A stretch of 64,000 bases of DNA from Eledone cirrhosa (GCA_964016885.1 OZ024765.1:2976001-3040000), one strand, 5' to 3'. Positions 40,288-53,232 are shown, numbered from the stretch's first letter. Notes: a model not told the origin generated them from the letters alone. Numbers and translations are program-made.

Positions 40288-41793
40288 ATGAGTGAAACCA
40301 ACGGCGACCCCAAAAATGCAGAAGCTACCGAACCCAATGCAGCTGCAAATGGAGAGAATGAACAGTGTCGCGATCCTCACTGTCATGGATGCTGCCATTC
40401 ACCAGAGCCCAAGCACTGCCACGTCCACCATTGCCACCCCGTGGTACAAGAGCCGCCATCCCCACCGCCAGAGCCCAAGCAACGCCGCCACCATTGCCAC
40501 ACAATTGTGTTACAACAACAAGAGCCACCACCCCCACCGCCAGAGCCCAAGCACTGTTGCCACACGATTGTGTTTCCAGAGCCGCCACCTTCCCCTCCCA
40601 TGCCAGTAGTCCACTGCCACAGGGTGTGTCCACCGCAATGTCCGCCGCCATGTTGTCCGTGCCCGCCGCAATGTCCGCCGCCATGTTGTCCGTGTCCACC
40701 CCAATGTCCGCCGCCATGTTGTCCGTGTCCACCCCAATGTCCACCGCCATGTTGTCCTCCGTGTCCACCGCCATGTTGTCCGTGTCCGCCACCATGTTGT
40801 CCGCCGCCATGTTGTCCGCCGCCATGTTGTCCGCCGCCATGTTGTCCACCGCCATGTTGTCCTCCGTGTCCGCCGCCATGTTGTCCGCCGCCATGTTGTC
40901 CGCCGCCATGTTGTCCGCCGCCATGTTGTCCGCCGCCATGTTGTCCGCCGCCATGTTGTCCGCCGCCATGTTGTCCGCCGCCATGTTGTCCGCCGCCATG
41001 TTGTCCATGTCCGCCGCCATGTTGTCCTCCGTGTCCGCCGCCATGTTGTCCGTGTCCGCCGCCATGTTGTCCTCCGTGTCCGCCGCCATGTTGTCCGTGT
41101 CCGCCGCCATGTTGTCCTCCATGTCCGCCGCCATGTTGTCCGTGTCCGCCGCCATGTTGTCCGCCGCCATGTTGTCCGCCGCCATGTTGTCCGCCGCCAT
41201 GTTGTCCGCCGCCATGTTGTCCGTGTCCGCCGCCATGTCCGCCGCCATGTTGTCCGTGTCCACCGCCATGTTGTCCGTGTCCGCCGCCATGTTGTCCGTG
41301 TCCGCCACCATGTCCGCCGCCATGTTGTCCGTGTCCACCGCCATGTTGTCCGTGTCCGCCGCCATGTTGTCCGTGTCCGCCGCCATGTCCGCCGCCATGT
41401 TGTCCGTGTCCACCGCCATGTTGTCCGTGTCCACCGCCATGTTGTCCGTGTCCCCCGCCATGTCCGCCGCCATGTTGTCCGTGTCCACCGCCATGTTGTC
41501 CGTGTCCGCCGCCATGTTGTCCGTGTCCGTGTCCGCCGCCATGTCCCTGTCCATGTCCGCCGCCATGTCCCTGTCCATGTCCGCCGCCATGTCCCTGTCC
41601 GTGTCCGCCGCGATGTCCCTGTCCGTGTCCGCCGCGATGTCCGCCATGTTGCTGTCGAAAGGTGGTCCCTGTCAAATTGGTTTTACGCAAAGTGTACCGT
41701 TGCCGCCCTGTGTGTAAACGAAGATGCCACACCTGTTGCTCTTCATGTCACTGCTGTCCCTGCTGTGATTGTGATTGTTGCAGCCATTGCTAG
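40288..41793 (+). CDS. 501-aa cysteine/proline-rich repetitive protein (keratin-associated/cornifin-like composition), single coding exon
   Basis: ATG in aagATGA context. Unique acidic N-terminus, His/Cys-rich EPKHC repeats, a (CCPPP/CCPCPPP)n core, and a unique basic, Cys-rich C-terminus. Synonymous variation among units. Upstream branch point (tgctaac ~40114) and acceptor tttgcag| at 40142; downstream AATAAA signals. Confidence 0.8.
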   Translation: MSETNGDPKNAEATEPNAAANGENEQCRDPHCHGCCHSPEPKHCHVHHCHPVVQEPPSPPPEPKQRRHHCHTIVLQQQEPPPPPPEPKHCCHTIVFPEPPPSPPMPVVHCHRVCPPQCPPPCCPCPPQCPPPCCPCPPQCPPPCCPCPPQCPPPCCPPCPPPCCPCPPPCCPPPCCPPPCCPPPCCPPPCCPPCPPPCCPPPCCPPPCCPPPCCPPPCCPPPCCPPPCCPPPCCPPPCCPCPPPCCPPCPPPCCPCPPPCCPPCPPPCCPCPPPCCPPCPPPCCPCPPPCCPPPCCPPPCCPPPCCPPPCCPCPPPCPPPCCPCPPPCCPCPPPCCPCPPPCPPPCCPCPPPCCPCPPPCCPCPPPCPPPCCPCPPPCCPCPPPCCPCPPPCPPPCCPCPPPCCPCPPPCCPCPCPPPCPCPCPPPCPCPCPPPCPCPCPPRCPCPCPPRCPPCCCRKVVPVKLVLRKVYRCRPVCKRRCHTCCSSCHCCPCCDCDCCSHC

Positions 41794-42398
41794 AAAACCC
41801 TTTAGTCCTCCTTTTGCCCTCCACAACCACCAGAACCTCTCAACTTCTCAACCACCACCACTAGCAGCAGTTTTTAAACCCACCTTATTTATCTGGTTAT
41901 TCTGATCTCAAATCTCCCAAAAAATTATGCCCCAACATTTTATAATAAAGCCAAAACCCAGAATACCTGTCAGTTTTAGAACCAGAGCCCCCAAAAGTCT
42001 ATTCTGAAAACCCTCAACTAGAGCCCACAACATTTATCTTGTAAAGCCTCAAGATCCCACAACTAAAACCCATAATAATAATCATCCAGTTATCCCAAAA
42101 ATGGAGCCCTAAACATTTAGTAATCACACAAGCACCCCTAATATTTTGAACCAATAATCTTATAATCAGAGCCAGTAATATTTTGCAAGTAATTTCATGA
42201 ACAGAGCCCCTAATATCCAGTAAAATTGCAACCACAATCACCACAATTTTCCACAGCAACAAAGAAAAAGGCTTAAATTTTTAAATATTCTTGAATTAGC
42301 TTCAGTCATTGGACTGTGGCCAAACTGGGGCACTGCTTTCAAAGTCAGTTTTCGTAAAGGTCCCACCCCATAATATATTTCAGTTCGGTATTTGTTTC

Positions 42399-42429
<31 letters not shown>

Positions 42430-43064
42430 GTGAAAAGTTAGTGCCCAGCAGTAGAGTGGCTCATAAACATATATACAGATAAATAGATAGATATATAGAT
42501 ATAAAGGGTATCATCTCTACAGAGAGCCCCAACTGATGCAGCTTGTTATCAATATATATATATATGTATATATATATATAGGTAGTTAGATATATAAATA
42601 GACCTCCCCCTTACACACACACACACATATATATAAATATATTTAGATAGTTAGTTAGATAGATTCCCATACACGCATATATATCGATATATATATATAT
42701 ATGCATATATATGAATATAACGATGCAACAACACAAGTTAAAAACTGAGGTAAAGCGATCAGTTTTGAGGTTGGCATTCTGGAAATGGAAATAGAAAGGT
42801 ATTTGGTGTTTCCAGGTAAAAATTAATTGTCGGAAAAAAAAAACCTAACAAAACAAAAACAGACTGAGAGAAGAGGCCGGAACAAAAGTAGAATTCAAAA
42901 GAAAAAAAACTAAGAAAAAATTTATTGGTGGACAAGGAAATTCAATAATATACCCAGCTTCTCTTTGTTAAGAAAATACCATATTTTATCTTTTGCAGCA
43001 CCTCCTCAAACTTTGTGCTTTTATTTCGACGGAAATGAAGGCAAAATTTTAATTTTAAAGTCAG

Positions 43065-43295
43065 TTTTTTAAATGAAGAAAGTTGAAATATTAAATATTT
43101 GTCCTTCAAAACGTTTTAATAAATATATTTTTGAAAAAAAACAAACCATTGCAATCGTTTTTTTTTAAAATATTAAATTTTTTTTTTAATGAAGAAAGTT
43201 GAAATATGGAAATATGTCCTTCAAAACGTTTTAATAAATATATTTTTGAAAAAAAAACAAACCGTGTAATCGTTTTTTTAAATATTTAAAATTCT
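43065..43295 (+). terminator. Tandemly duplicated (~115 bp) candidate polyadenylation region
   Basis: Two near-identical units, each with AATAAA (43118, 43233) followed by T-rich tracts. Another AATAAA at 41944. Confidence 0.45.
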
Positions 43296-43344
43296 TTTTT
43301 TTAATATTTTATTTACCATAGTCGTGGGTGGACCAAAATTGGTG

Positions 43345-43745
43345 GCCCCTGGTAAACTTGGTAGGGAGTGCTCATGTCAGACCTAGGAAGAGGTATTTAG
43401 GGATCTGAAAGCCTGGAACACAGATTGTGACTCCTGGTTGATGGAAAAGAGGAAGGGGAACGGGAACCCATGTAAGGCCTTTGAAGATGTAATCAGGGAT
43501 GATCTAAAAGCCTGGAACCGATTTTGTGGCCCCTGATAGATGGGGAAGAGAGCACCCACATAAGACCTTGGAAGAGGTATTTAGGGATCATCTGAAAGCC
43601 TGGAACACAGATTGTGACCCCTGGTAGATGGAAAAGGGGAAAGGTGCCTATGTAAGACCTAGGAAGAGGTATTGATGGATGATGTAACAGTCTGGAACCT
43701 GGACCCAAACCTGTCCCTGGACCAAAACCTGTCCCTGGAACAAAA
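43345..43745 (+). mobile_element. Decayed, tandemly repeated RTE C-terminal fragment
   Basis: 3-4 degenerate units with ggaaaagggga...agacctaggaagagg (GKRG..RPRKR-like). Confidence 0.45.
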
Positions 43746-45237
43746 ACTCTGGAGAAATGATTTGAAAGAAGCTACCAAAATGTCCATTGTAACATGTAAA
43801 GATATTTAAACATGATGGTGGTGGTGGTGGTGGTGGTGGTGGTAATGATGGTGATGATGGTGGCGGTGATTATTATGGTGGTGGTGATGGTGATGGTGAT
43901 GATGATGGTGGTGGTGGGGATTATTATGATGATGGTGGTTGTGATGATGGTGGTGGTGGTGGTGGTGGTCGTCGTGGTGGTGTTGGTGGTGATGATTATG
44001 ATGGTGATGATGAAGAAGCAGCATTAGCTAACTCGGTAGAGCGTCAGAGAGAATGTTTCATGGTATTCTTATAAATCTCTGAGTCCCATTACAAAAACAC
44101 CACCAAGGGACACTGTATATCAACCCTTCAGCATTTAAACCAACTGTATCCGGCCAGAATTCTCTCATCTATCTGTTTAAACCAGCTGTAACTGGCCACT
44201 CATACTGATGTTAAGCTATTGTTCTCAAAATAAATAATTGTTTCTACATTTGGCACAAGGCCAGCAATTACCCCAGTGTATTACTGGTACTTTATTTTAT
44301 CGACCCCCGTAAGGATGAAAGGCAAAGTTAACCTCGGCGGGATTTGAACTCAGAATGGTAAGGGCCGTAACTCTATGCGTCAAAGATCAAAATCTCAGAT
44401 TCAATATTATGTGAGATATTATGTGAGGTAAAGCCTTTACTGTGAAAATACAATAGTATATAGAGTAATGTAAATGTTATGTGAGATATTATGTGAGGTA
44501 AAGCCTTTACTGCGAAAATACAATAGTATATATAGAGTAATGTAAATGGTATGTGAGGTATTATGTGAGGTAAAGCCTTTACTATGACAATACAATAGTA
44601 TATATAGAGTAATGTAAATGTTATGTGAGATATTATGTGAGGTAAAGCCTTTACTGCGAAAATACAATAGTATATATAGAGTAATGTAAATGGTATGTGA
44701 GGTATTATGTGAGGTAAAGCCTTTACTATGACAATACAATAGTATATATAGAGTAATGTAAATGTTATGTGAGATATTATGTGAGGTAAAGCCTTTACTG
44801 TGAAAATATAATATACTGTGTAAATATAGAGTAATGTAAATGGTAAAGAGTTAATGGCCAGCAATATTTTAATGGCCAACGAGATTTTAATGGTCGACCG
44901 ATTTTAATGGCCAACATGGTTTTAATTGCCGACACGATTTTAATGGCTAATGCTATTTTAATGGTTAACACGATTTTAATGGTTAACAATAAAGATATTG
45001 GGTTGTTAAAAAAGAAAAAAATGCTTGTGTTATCATTCTAAAATTAACCAGTTCCCCATCAGGGATACCAGCTTTATTTGAAGTGATACAAGAAAATGTC
45101 TGAAGAATTTCTTGTTCTTGGAGAGACAGTATGTGACTGTTGTAGAGGTAAGAACTGTACAATGGACGGGTGTATATATATAAATATATATATATATATG
45201 TGTAAACCCATGCTAGCATGGAAGATAGACGTTAAAC

Positions 45238-45268
<31 letters not shown>

Positions 45269-45460
45269 TGTGTGGGAATATATATATGCGTATGTATATA
45301 TGTATATATGTGTGTGTGTTTATATATAAATATGTATATATGCATATATGTATATATATATATATTTATATATATATGTGTGTATATACATATATGTATA
45401 TATATATATATATGTATGTGTGTGTATATACATATATATATATATGTGTGTGTATATACA

Positions 45461-45521
<61 letters not shown>

Positions 45522-45528
45522 ATATACA

Positions 45529-45587
<59 letters not shown>

Positions 45588-45603
45588 ATATACATATATG
45601 TAT

Positions 45604-45659
<56 letters not shown>

Positions 45660-45778
45660 ATATACATATATGTATATATATTAGTAACACAAAGGAACCA
45701 GTGTATGGTTAGCAACTACCAGGCATCTGTTTCCATGTATGTGTACACACATACACACACACACACATATATATATAT

Positions 45779-45818
<40 letters not shown>

Positions 45819-45917
45819 ACACATATATATATGCATACACACACACATGTGTATATATATATATATATATATGTATATGTGTGTGTGTGTATATATATAT
45901 ATACAAAAACAAAATAG

Positions 45918-46860
45918 AGTACCAGTAATATACTGAGAGTCGATTTAATCAATTTTTCTCACAGCCCCTAAATTGCTGGCCTTGAGTCTAAATCAGTAAC
46001 TTTTATTATTTTTATTAATAGGGGTACCAGTAATACACTGGGGATCGATTTAATCGAATTTTCTCACAGCCCCTAAATTGCTGGCCTTGAGTCTAAATCA
46101 GTAACTTTTATTATTTTTATTAATAGGGGTACCAGTAATACACTGGGGGTCGATTTAATCGACTTTTCTCTCAGCTCCTAAATTGCTGGCCTTGAGTCTA
46201 AATCAGTAACTTTTATTATTTTTATTAATAGGGGTACCAGTAATACACTGGGGATCGATTTAATCGAATTTTCTCACAGCCCCTAAATTGCTGGCCTTGA
46301 GTCTAAATCAGTAACTTTTATTATTTTTATTAATAGGGGTACCAGTAATACACTGGGGGTCGATTTAATCGACTTTTCTCTCAGCTCCTAAATTGCTGGC
46401 CTTGAGTCTAAATCAGTAACTTTTATTATTTTTATTAATAGGGGTACCAGTAATACACTGGGGGTCGATTTAATCAACTTTTCTCTCAGCCCCTAAATTG
46501 CTGGCCTTGAGTCTAAATCAGTAACTTTTATTATTTTTATTAATAGGGGTACCAGTAATACACTGGGGATCGATTTAATCGAATTTTCTCACAGCCCCTA
46601 AATTGCTGGCCTTGAGTCTAAATCAGTAACTTTTATTATTTTTATTAATAGGGGTACCAGTAATACACTGGAGGTCGATTTAATCGACTTTTCTCTCAGC
46701 TCCTAAATTGCTGGCCTTGAGTCTAAATCAGTAACTTTTATTATTTTTATTAATAGGGGTACCAGTAATACACTGGGGATCGATTTAATCGACTTTTCTC
46801 ACAGCCCCTAAATTGCTGGCCTTGCGCTTAAATCAAAAACCTTTATTTTTATTAATAGGG
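45918..46860. repeat. 105-bp tandem repeat (~9 units) derived from the SINE A 3' half
   Basis: Unit contains gtaccagtaatacactgggg..cgatttaatcga..aaattgctggccttg. Confidence 0.9.
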
Positions 46861-47135
46861 TTGATCAAATAAAGTACCAGTAATTCACTGGGGTTAATTT
46901 AATCGACTTTTCTCTCCAAACCCCGAAAAATTGCTGACCTTGTGCTTATAGTAGAAACCCTTATTTTTATTATTATTAAAAAGGGCAGGGACTGACGATA
47001 AAATCGGTGGAGCGTCCAACAAGATGCTTTGTGGTATAGAGTTACGTCCCTTCGACAAATACTTTTTCATATATATATATAAATAAATCATGTGACAATC
47101 AGCCTAATTTATTTTATTTTTTGTGTTTGTCTTAA

Positions 47136-47379
47136 GCGGAAGTGACATGTCGTGTTGACCTCGTATGACGGAAGTGACCTTAACAGTTGAGGTGTGTCAA
47201 CATCACACACACATTTTAGTTTCAGGGCTGAGTATATACACTCACTCGTATATATATATATTTCTATATATATAAATATATATACACACCCACCGGATTT
47301 ACCATAAATATATATCTAGATATATATATATATCTTGTTTAACTATTGTTCTGTCTATATAGCAGAAAACCACCACGAG
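47136..47379 (+). promoter_or_regulatory. Candidate cortactin promoter and non-coding first exon
   Basis: Two CGGAAGTGAC ETS-type sites (47137, 47169) in a rare non-repetitive island. Strong donor gag|GTAAGT at 47380. The cortactin ATG exon starts with an acceptor, so an upstream exon is required. Confidence 0.45.
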
Positions 47380-47389
47380 GTAAGTTTAT

Positions 47390-47429
<40 letters not shown>

Positions 47430-47549
47430 ACACTTGTACACTTTTGTGTGTATACATATATATATATATATCCCGTTCTGATGTTCTGAACTTCCTGAAA
47501 ATGGATTGATTTCGCTTTTCTTTTGTTTGTAACCACACAAACATACATA

Positions 47550-47599
<50 letters not shown>

Positions 47600-47800
47600 C
47601 CATAAATATGTGTATATATATATATATATACACTCACACATGTATATATATCTATACACACACCCATAAATATGTGTGTATATATACACACACACACATG
47701 TATATATATATTTAAAATCTGTACTGCCGCAACTGTATATAAGTATATATATGTATGTATATATACTTATATACAGTATATTTCTATATATATATATACG

Positions 47801-47854
<54 letters not shown>

Positions 47855-48165
47855 CGAGTCGGTGCCCGACGGCTGAGTTCTTGCTGTTTTAACAGCAAAT
47901 TCTAAACTCTCCTATCCCATATATATATATATAATATACATATAATATATATATAATATATATATTATATATATATAAATATATATATATTGATGATGAT
48001 GATGATTACACAGGGTGTCCTCCAAAAATGTATACACACTTCAACAGCATTCTAATAAATATTGCTTGTACGGGTAATGAAAGTGTGTATACATTTATGT
48101 GTATGTGTATATATACATGTATGTGTATATATAAATGTATGTGTGTATATATATGTGTATGAATA

Positions 48166-48199
<34 letters not shown>

Positions 48200-48451
48200 G
48201 ACATATAATAGGGTCCTTATATATAACTTTAGCCAACATGAAACCAAGAAACAGGAACACACCCACGTAAAATATATTTCCCCGATTAGATTTAAAGTCA
48301 CAGTCTTAAGTGTCCCCAAAAAATGTATATACACTTCAACAGCATTCTAATCAATGTGTATATATATTTTGGGGACATCCTTTATATATATAGGAACAAG
48401 TAAGACCCGACGGCTGAGCTCAAGCCGTTTCGACGGCTAATTCTGGACTGT

Positions 48452-48505
<54 letters not shown>

Positions 48506-48578
48506 TGTGTGTGTACATATATATACACATAAAGGTACTCAATACATAGCAGAGTATAACAGTTTTAATATAGATGAG

Positions 48579-48625
48579 ATTCTACAGGACTAGAACTGTT
48601 TCATTCATTAGAAATCATCAGGAAT
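48579..48625 (-). ncRNA. Type I hammerhead ribozyme motif
   Basis: ATTC-CTGATGA-tTTCtaatGAAt-GAAA-CAGttctagtcCTG-TA-GAAT; GUA cleavage triplet. Confidence 0.72.
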
Positions 48626-48774
48626 ATATAGATGTGTGTGTACATATATATACACATACATGCACACATATACATACACATATATATATACACACGAATA
48701 TATATATATATATATACGAATACGTATATATATATAGATGTGTGTGTATACATATGTAGATGTACATGTATATA

Positions 48775-48820
<46 letters not shown>

Positions 48821-48847
48821 ATGAAAGCGGACGTTATAAAAATGATG

Positions 48848-48885
<38 letters not shown>

Positions 48886-49057
48886 ATACAGACATATATA
48901 TGTATGTATATATATATCTACATGTATGTAGATGTTTATATCCGGTATGTTTATACTATATATCTTGTCTGGATTAACTATCTCTAGATATACATATCTA
49001 TATAATTAGCTTTGTCAGATTTAATGATAATAGGAACTTTGGTATTAATATAATATG

Positions 49058-51010
49058 TAGTGGTAATGGTGGTGGTAGTGGTGGTTGTGGTGGTGGTGTC
49101 TGTATTGGTGGTAGTGGTAGTTGTTGTGATGGTGTCTGTGTTAGTGGTAGTGGTGGTAGTTGTGGTGTTGATGTCTGTATTGGTGGTGGTGCGTGGTAGT
49201 TGTGTTGTCTGTATTAGTGGTAGTACTTTGTGGTTGTGTTGAGGTCTGGTGGTAGTTGTGCTGATGTCTGTATTGGTGGTAGTACTTTGTGGTTGTGTTG
49301 ATGTCTGGTGGTAGTTGTGCTGATGTCTGTATTGGTGGTAGTACTTTGTGGTTGTGTTGATGTCTGGTGGTAGTTGTGCTCATGTCTGTATTGGTGGTAG
49401 TACTTTGTGGTTGTATTGATGTCTGGTGGTAGTTGTGTTGTCTGTATTGGTGGTAGTACTTTGTGGTTGTGTTGATGTCTGGTGGTAGTTGTGCTGATGT
49501 CTGTATTGGTGGTAGTACTTTGTGGTTGTGTTGATGTCTGGTGGTAGTTGTGCTGATGTCTGTATTGGTGGTAGTACTTTGTGGTTGTATTGATGTCTGG
49601 TGGTAGTTGTGCTGATGTCTGTATTGGTGGTAGTACTTTGTGGTTGTATTGATGTCTGGTGGTAGTTGTGCTCATGTCTGTATTGGTGGTAGTACTTTGT
49701 GGTTGTGTTGATGTCTGGTGGTAGTTGTGCTCATGTCTGTATTGGTGGTAGTACTTTGTGGTTGTATTGATGTCTGGTGGTAGTTGTGCTCATGTCTGTA
49801 TTGGTGGTAGTACTTTGTGGTGGTAGTTGTGCTCATGTCTGTATTGGTGGTAGTACTTTGTGGTTGTATTGATGTCTGGTGGTAGTTGTGCTCATGTCTG
49901 TATTGGTGGTAGTACTTTGTGGTTGTGTTGATGTCTGGTGGTAGTTGTGTTGATGTCTGTATTGGTGGTAGTACTTTGTGGTTGTGTTGATGTCTGGTGG
50001 TAGTTGTGCTGATGTCTGTATTGGTGGTAGTACTTTGTGGTTGTATTGATGTCTGGTGGTAGTTGTGCTGATGTCTGTATTGGTGGTAGTACTTTGTGGT
50101 TGTGTTGATGTCTGGTGGTAGTTGTGTTGTCTGTATTGGTGGTAGTACTTTGTGGTTGTGTTGATGTCTGGTAGTAGTTGTGCTCATGTCTGTATTGGTG
50201 GTAGTACTTTGTGGTTGTGTTGATGTCTGGTGGTAGTTGTGCTGATGTCTGTATTGGTGGTAGTACTTTGTGGTTGTGTTGATGTCTGGTGGTAGTTGTG
50301 CTGATGTCTGTATTGGTGGTAGTACTTTGTGGTTGTGTTGATGTCTGGTGGTAGTTGTGCTGATGTCTGTATTGGTGGTAGTACTTTGTGGTTGTGTTGA
50401 TGTCTGGTGGTAGTTGTGCTGATGTCTGTATTGGTGGTAGTACTTTGTGGTTGTGTTGATGTCTGGTGGTAGTTGTGTTGATGTCTGTATTGGTGGTAGT
50501 ACTTTGTGGTTGTGTTGATGTCTGGTGGTAGTTGTGCTGATGTCTGTATTGGTGGTAGTACTTTGTGGTTGTATTGATGTCTGGTGGTAGTTGTGCTGAT
50601 GTCTGTATTGGTGGTAGTACTTTGTGGTTGTGTTGATGTCTGTATTGGTGGTAGTACTTGGTAGTGCTTGTCTGTTGTTGGTGGTGTTAATACTTGTGTT
50701 GATGGTGGCGGTGTTGGTGGTGTTAATACTTGTGTTGATGGTGTTAATACTTGTGTTGATGGTGGCGGTGTTGGTGGTGTTAATACTTGTGTTGATGGTG
50801 GCGGTGTTGGTGGTGTTAATACTTGTGTTGATGGTGGCGGTGTTGGTGGTGTTAATACTTGTGTTGATGGTGGCGGTGTTGGTGGTGTTAATACTTGTGT
50901 TGATGGTGGCGGTGTTGGTGGTGTTAATACTTGTGTTGATGGTGGCGGTGTTGGTGGTGTTAATACTTGTGTTGATGGTGGCGGTGTTGGTGGTAATACT
51001 TGTGGTGTTG
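49058..51010. repeat. G/T-rich 59-bp minisatellite followed by a 33-bp minisatellite
   Basis: ctgtattggtggtagtactttgtggttgtgttgatgtctggtggtagttgtgctgatgt, then gatggtggcggtgttggtggtgttaatacttgt-type units. Confidence 0.93.
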
Positions 51011-51731
51011 CTGCTGCTGCTTGTCTATTGTCTGATGGTGGTAGGTAGGAAGGAAGCAGAGACAACCGGGTGGATTCCTCATCCTGTATCGTCAGTCACC
51101 GTCTATATATACACACATTTCTATATTAAACTTGTTGTTTACATTCTACTATATATATATATATATATATATAGGAAAATGTTCAAGACCCCGACGGCAG
51201 AGCTCAAGCCGTTTCGACGGCTATTTCTGTATTGGTGGTGGTGAGTCCAGAAATAGCCGTCGAAGCGGCTTGAGCTCTGCCGTCGGGGTCTTGAACATTT
51301 TTCTATTACCCACTCTACTACCCAAAGTATCGAGTACTCCTGCTGCGTTATGGTCCTTACCACACTTCCTTCGTTATATATATATAAATTGGGGCCCAGA
51401 ACCCAACGAAACTTAAGTACCTGTTTATGTCACTGTTGTAATTATATATATATACTAAACTCGTCCTACGGACCAAGTGCTCTTACTCTTGGAAGTTTCC
51501 ACTTAACTTTCACTTCCGTATATATATATGTTTAACCTGTTAGTTTTTTCGTTGCTTTGGTATTGTGTGTGAGGTTTTGCCTACCACAATGTTCAATTTG
51601 TCAAGCTATTTAAACGTATGTTGTTACTCTAAGGACCCTACCCTTATTGAGTGCTTTGCTAACTCATTCATATTGTAGGTCGACTTTGCTTGCCCACAGC
51701 CAAAGCTTCGATTTTACTAAGCTTCCACATG

Positions 51732-51770
<39 letters not shown>

Positions 51771-51777
<7 letters not shown>

Positions 51778-51985
51778 TTCAAAATATTAACAAAATAGAT
51801 ATTCTTGTGATCAAGTATATTTTATTATACATATTTCAGAGGTACTGAAATAAGTTCAACAGTACGTCGTCATTTTATCCGATGAGGACGTACTGTTGAA
51901 CTGAATTCAGTACCTCTGAAATATGTATAATAAAATATACTTGATCACAAGAATATCTATTTTGTTAATATTTTGAATTAATATT
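51771..51985. repeat. ~100-bp-arm palindrome centred on a mutated hammerhead (CCGATGA...GAAA)
   Basis: Arms are reverse-complementary. + strand: ATTTTAT-CCGATGA-ggacGTACTG...CAGTACctct-GAAA-TATGTATA-ATAAAAT. Confidence 0.8.
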
Positions 51986-52309
51986 AATAACTCTGGAAAA
52001 CAACACTTGTTGAGTGTTTCCAAACTATTGTAAAACTCACTCTTTGATTTATTCATTGAACTTTCTTTAACTTTTATATGTATATGTATATGTATATATA
52101 TATATATTCTATTATATTTAGAGTTTTAAACTCAAACAGTCATTTACAATTAATTAGCTCAAAAAAAGAAGCATTTCTGAGCCGTGAAATACAAGTTAAT
52201 ATAAATTAATATATGATAAACACATAAGTGTTTGTATTTCATGCTAGCTAACTTCGTCTTTTGCAATACAAACACTTATGTGTTTACCATATATTAATTT
52301 ATATTAACT

Positions 52310-52348
<39 letters not shown>

Positions 52349-52392
52349 GATTGATATTAAATAAATGGAAACTATATTTATAAAACTATATT

Positions 52393-52456
52393 TATTCTAT
52401 TATATATATATTTCAAGGGTACCAAAAATTTTGGTACGCTATCATCAGATAAAATA
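52393..52456 (-). ncRNA. Hammerhead motif, second copy of the 26056 family
   Basis: Near-identical to 26017-26190 over ~180 bp. Confidence 0.62.
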
Positions 52457-52596
52457 CAAAATAGTTTATAAATATTTGACATAACCAAGGATAATATACC
52501 TTAACCGTTCAAGTTATCCCTGGGAAGTCAACAAATTAAATATCTCTTATACATATAAATATATATATAGGAGGCACATATATAAATATATATATA

Positions 52597-52940
52597 GGAG
52601 GCACATGGCTTAGTGGTTAGAGCATTGGCCTTGCAATCGAAAGGTTGTGAGTTCAATTCTCAGACCGGATGATGTGTTGATTCCTTGAGCAAGACACTTT
52701 ATTTCACGTTGCTCCAGTTTACTCAGCTGTAGAAATGAGATGATAGGGACTGGGGTCCCTATCATTCCACTGCAAAGTGGTCGTGGAGGTGCCACGGCAA
52801 AAAAGCACCCAGCACTCACTGTAAATGAGGTTGGTGTTAGGAAGGGCATCCAGCTGTAGAAATCAAGCCAGAATCAGTTCCCGTCCCACCCTTGTAAGCA
52901 GGGAAAAGTGGACGTAAAATGAAATGATGATGATGATGAT
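52597..52940 (+). mobile_element. Full-length tRNA-derived SINE (family B) with RTE-type (GAT)n tail
   Basis: A box tggcttagtgg, B box gagttcaattc, central ccttgagcaagacacttta domain, tail ggaagggcatccagctgtaga...ggacgtaaaa(tga)n. Confidence 0.88.
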
Positions 52941-53081
52941 ATATATATATATATAAAGTGAACAACACAATATATAACTACTTCATTACCAAAGGTTTCA
53001 GGACCCTAGACAGTATTAACATACGTCCAGTTCGTTCATCAGACTATATATATATACACAGACATACATACATATACACAT

Positions 53082-53140
<59 letters not shown>

Positions 53141-53232
53141 CCCCAATTTCTTCAGCCTGTCATGACTTTTTTTCTCAATGAATTAGGGACCAAAACCCAA
53201 CAAAACTTAAGTACCTGTGTATATCACTGTTG

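Noticed and set aside
40325-41717. Alternate-frame ORFs (SAAML)n and (DNMAA)n
   Set aside because: Frame-shifted readings of the Cys/Pro repeat; the CP frame has the ATG, coherent unique termini and third-position variation.
50184-51065. Mucin-like PTPPPSTQVLT ORF
   Set aside because: TTG start, in-frame stop just upstream, and continuation into a 59-bp (non-triplet) satellite.
52597-52670. tRNA-like sequences with A and B boxes
   Set aside because: They are SINE heads continuing into core and LINE-derived tails; no proper acceptor stem or Pol III terminator.
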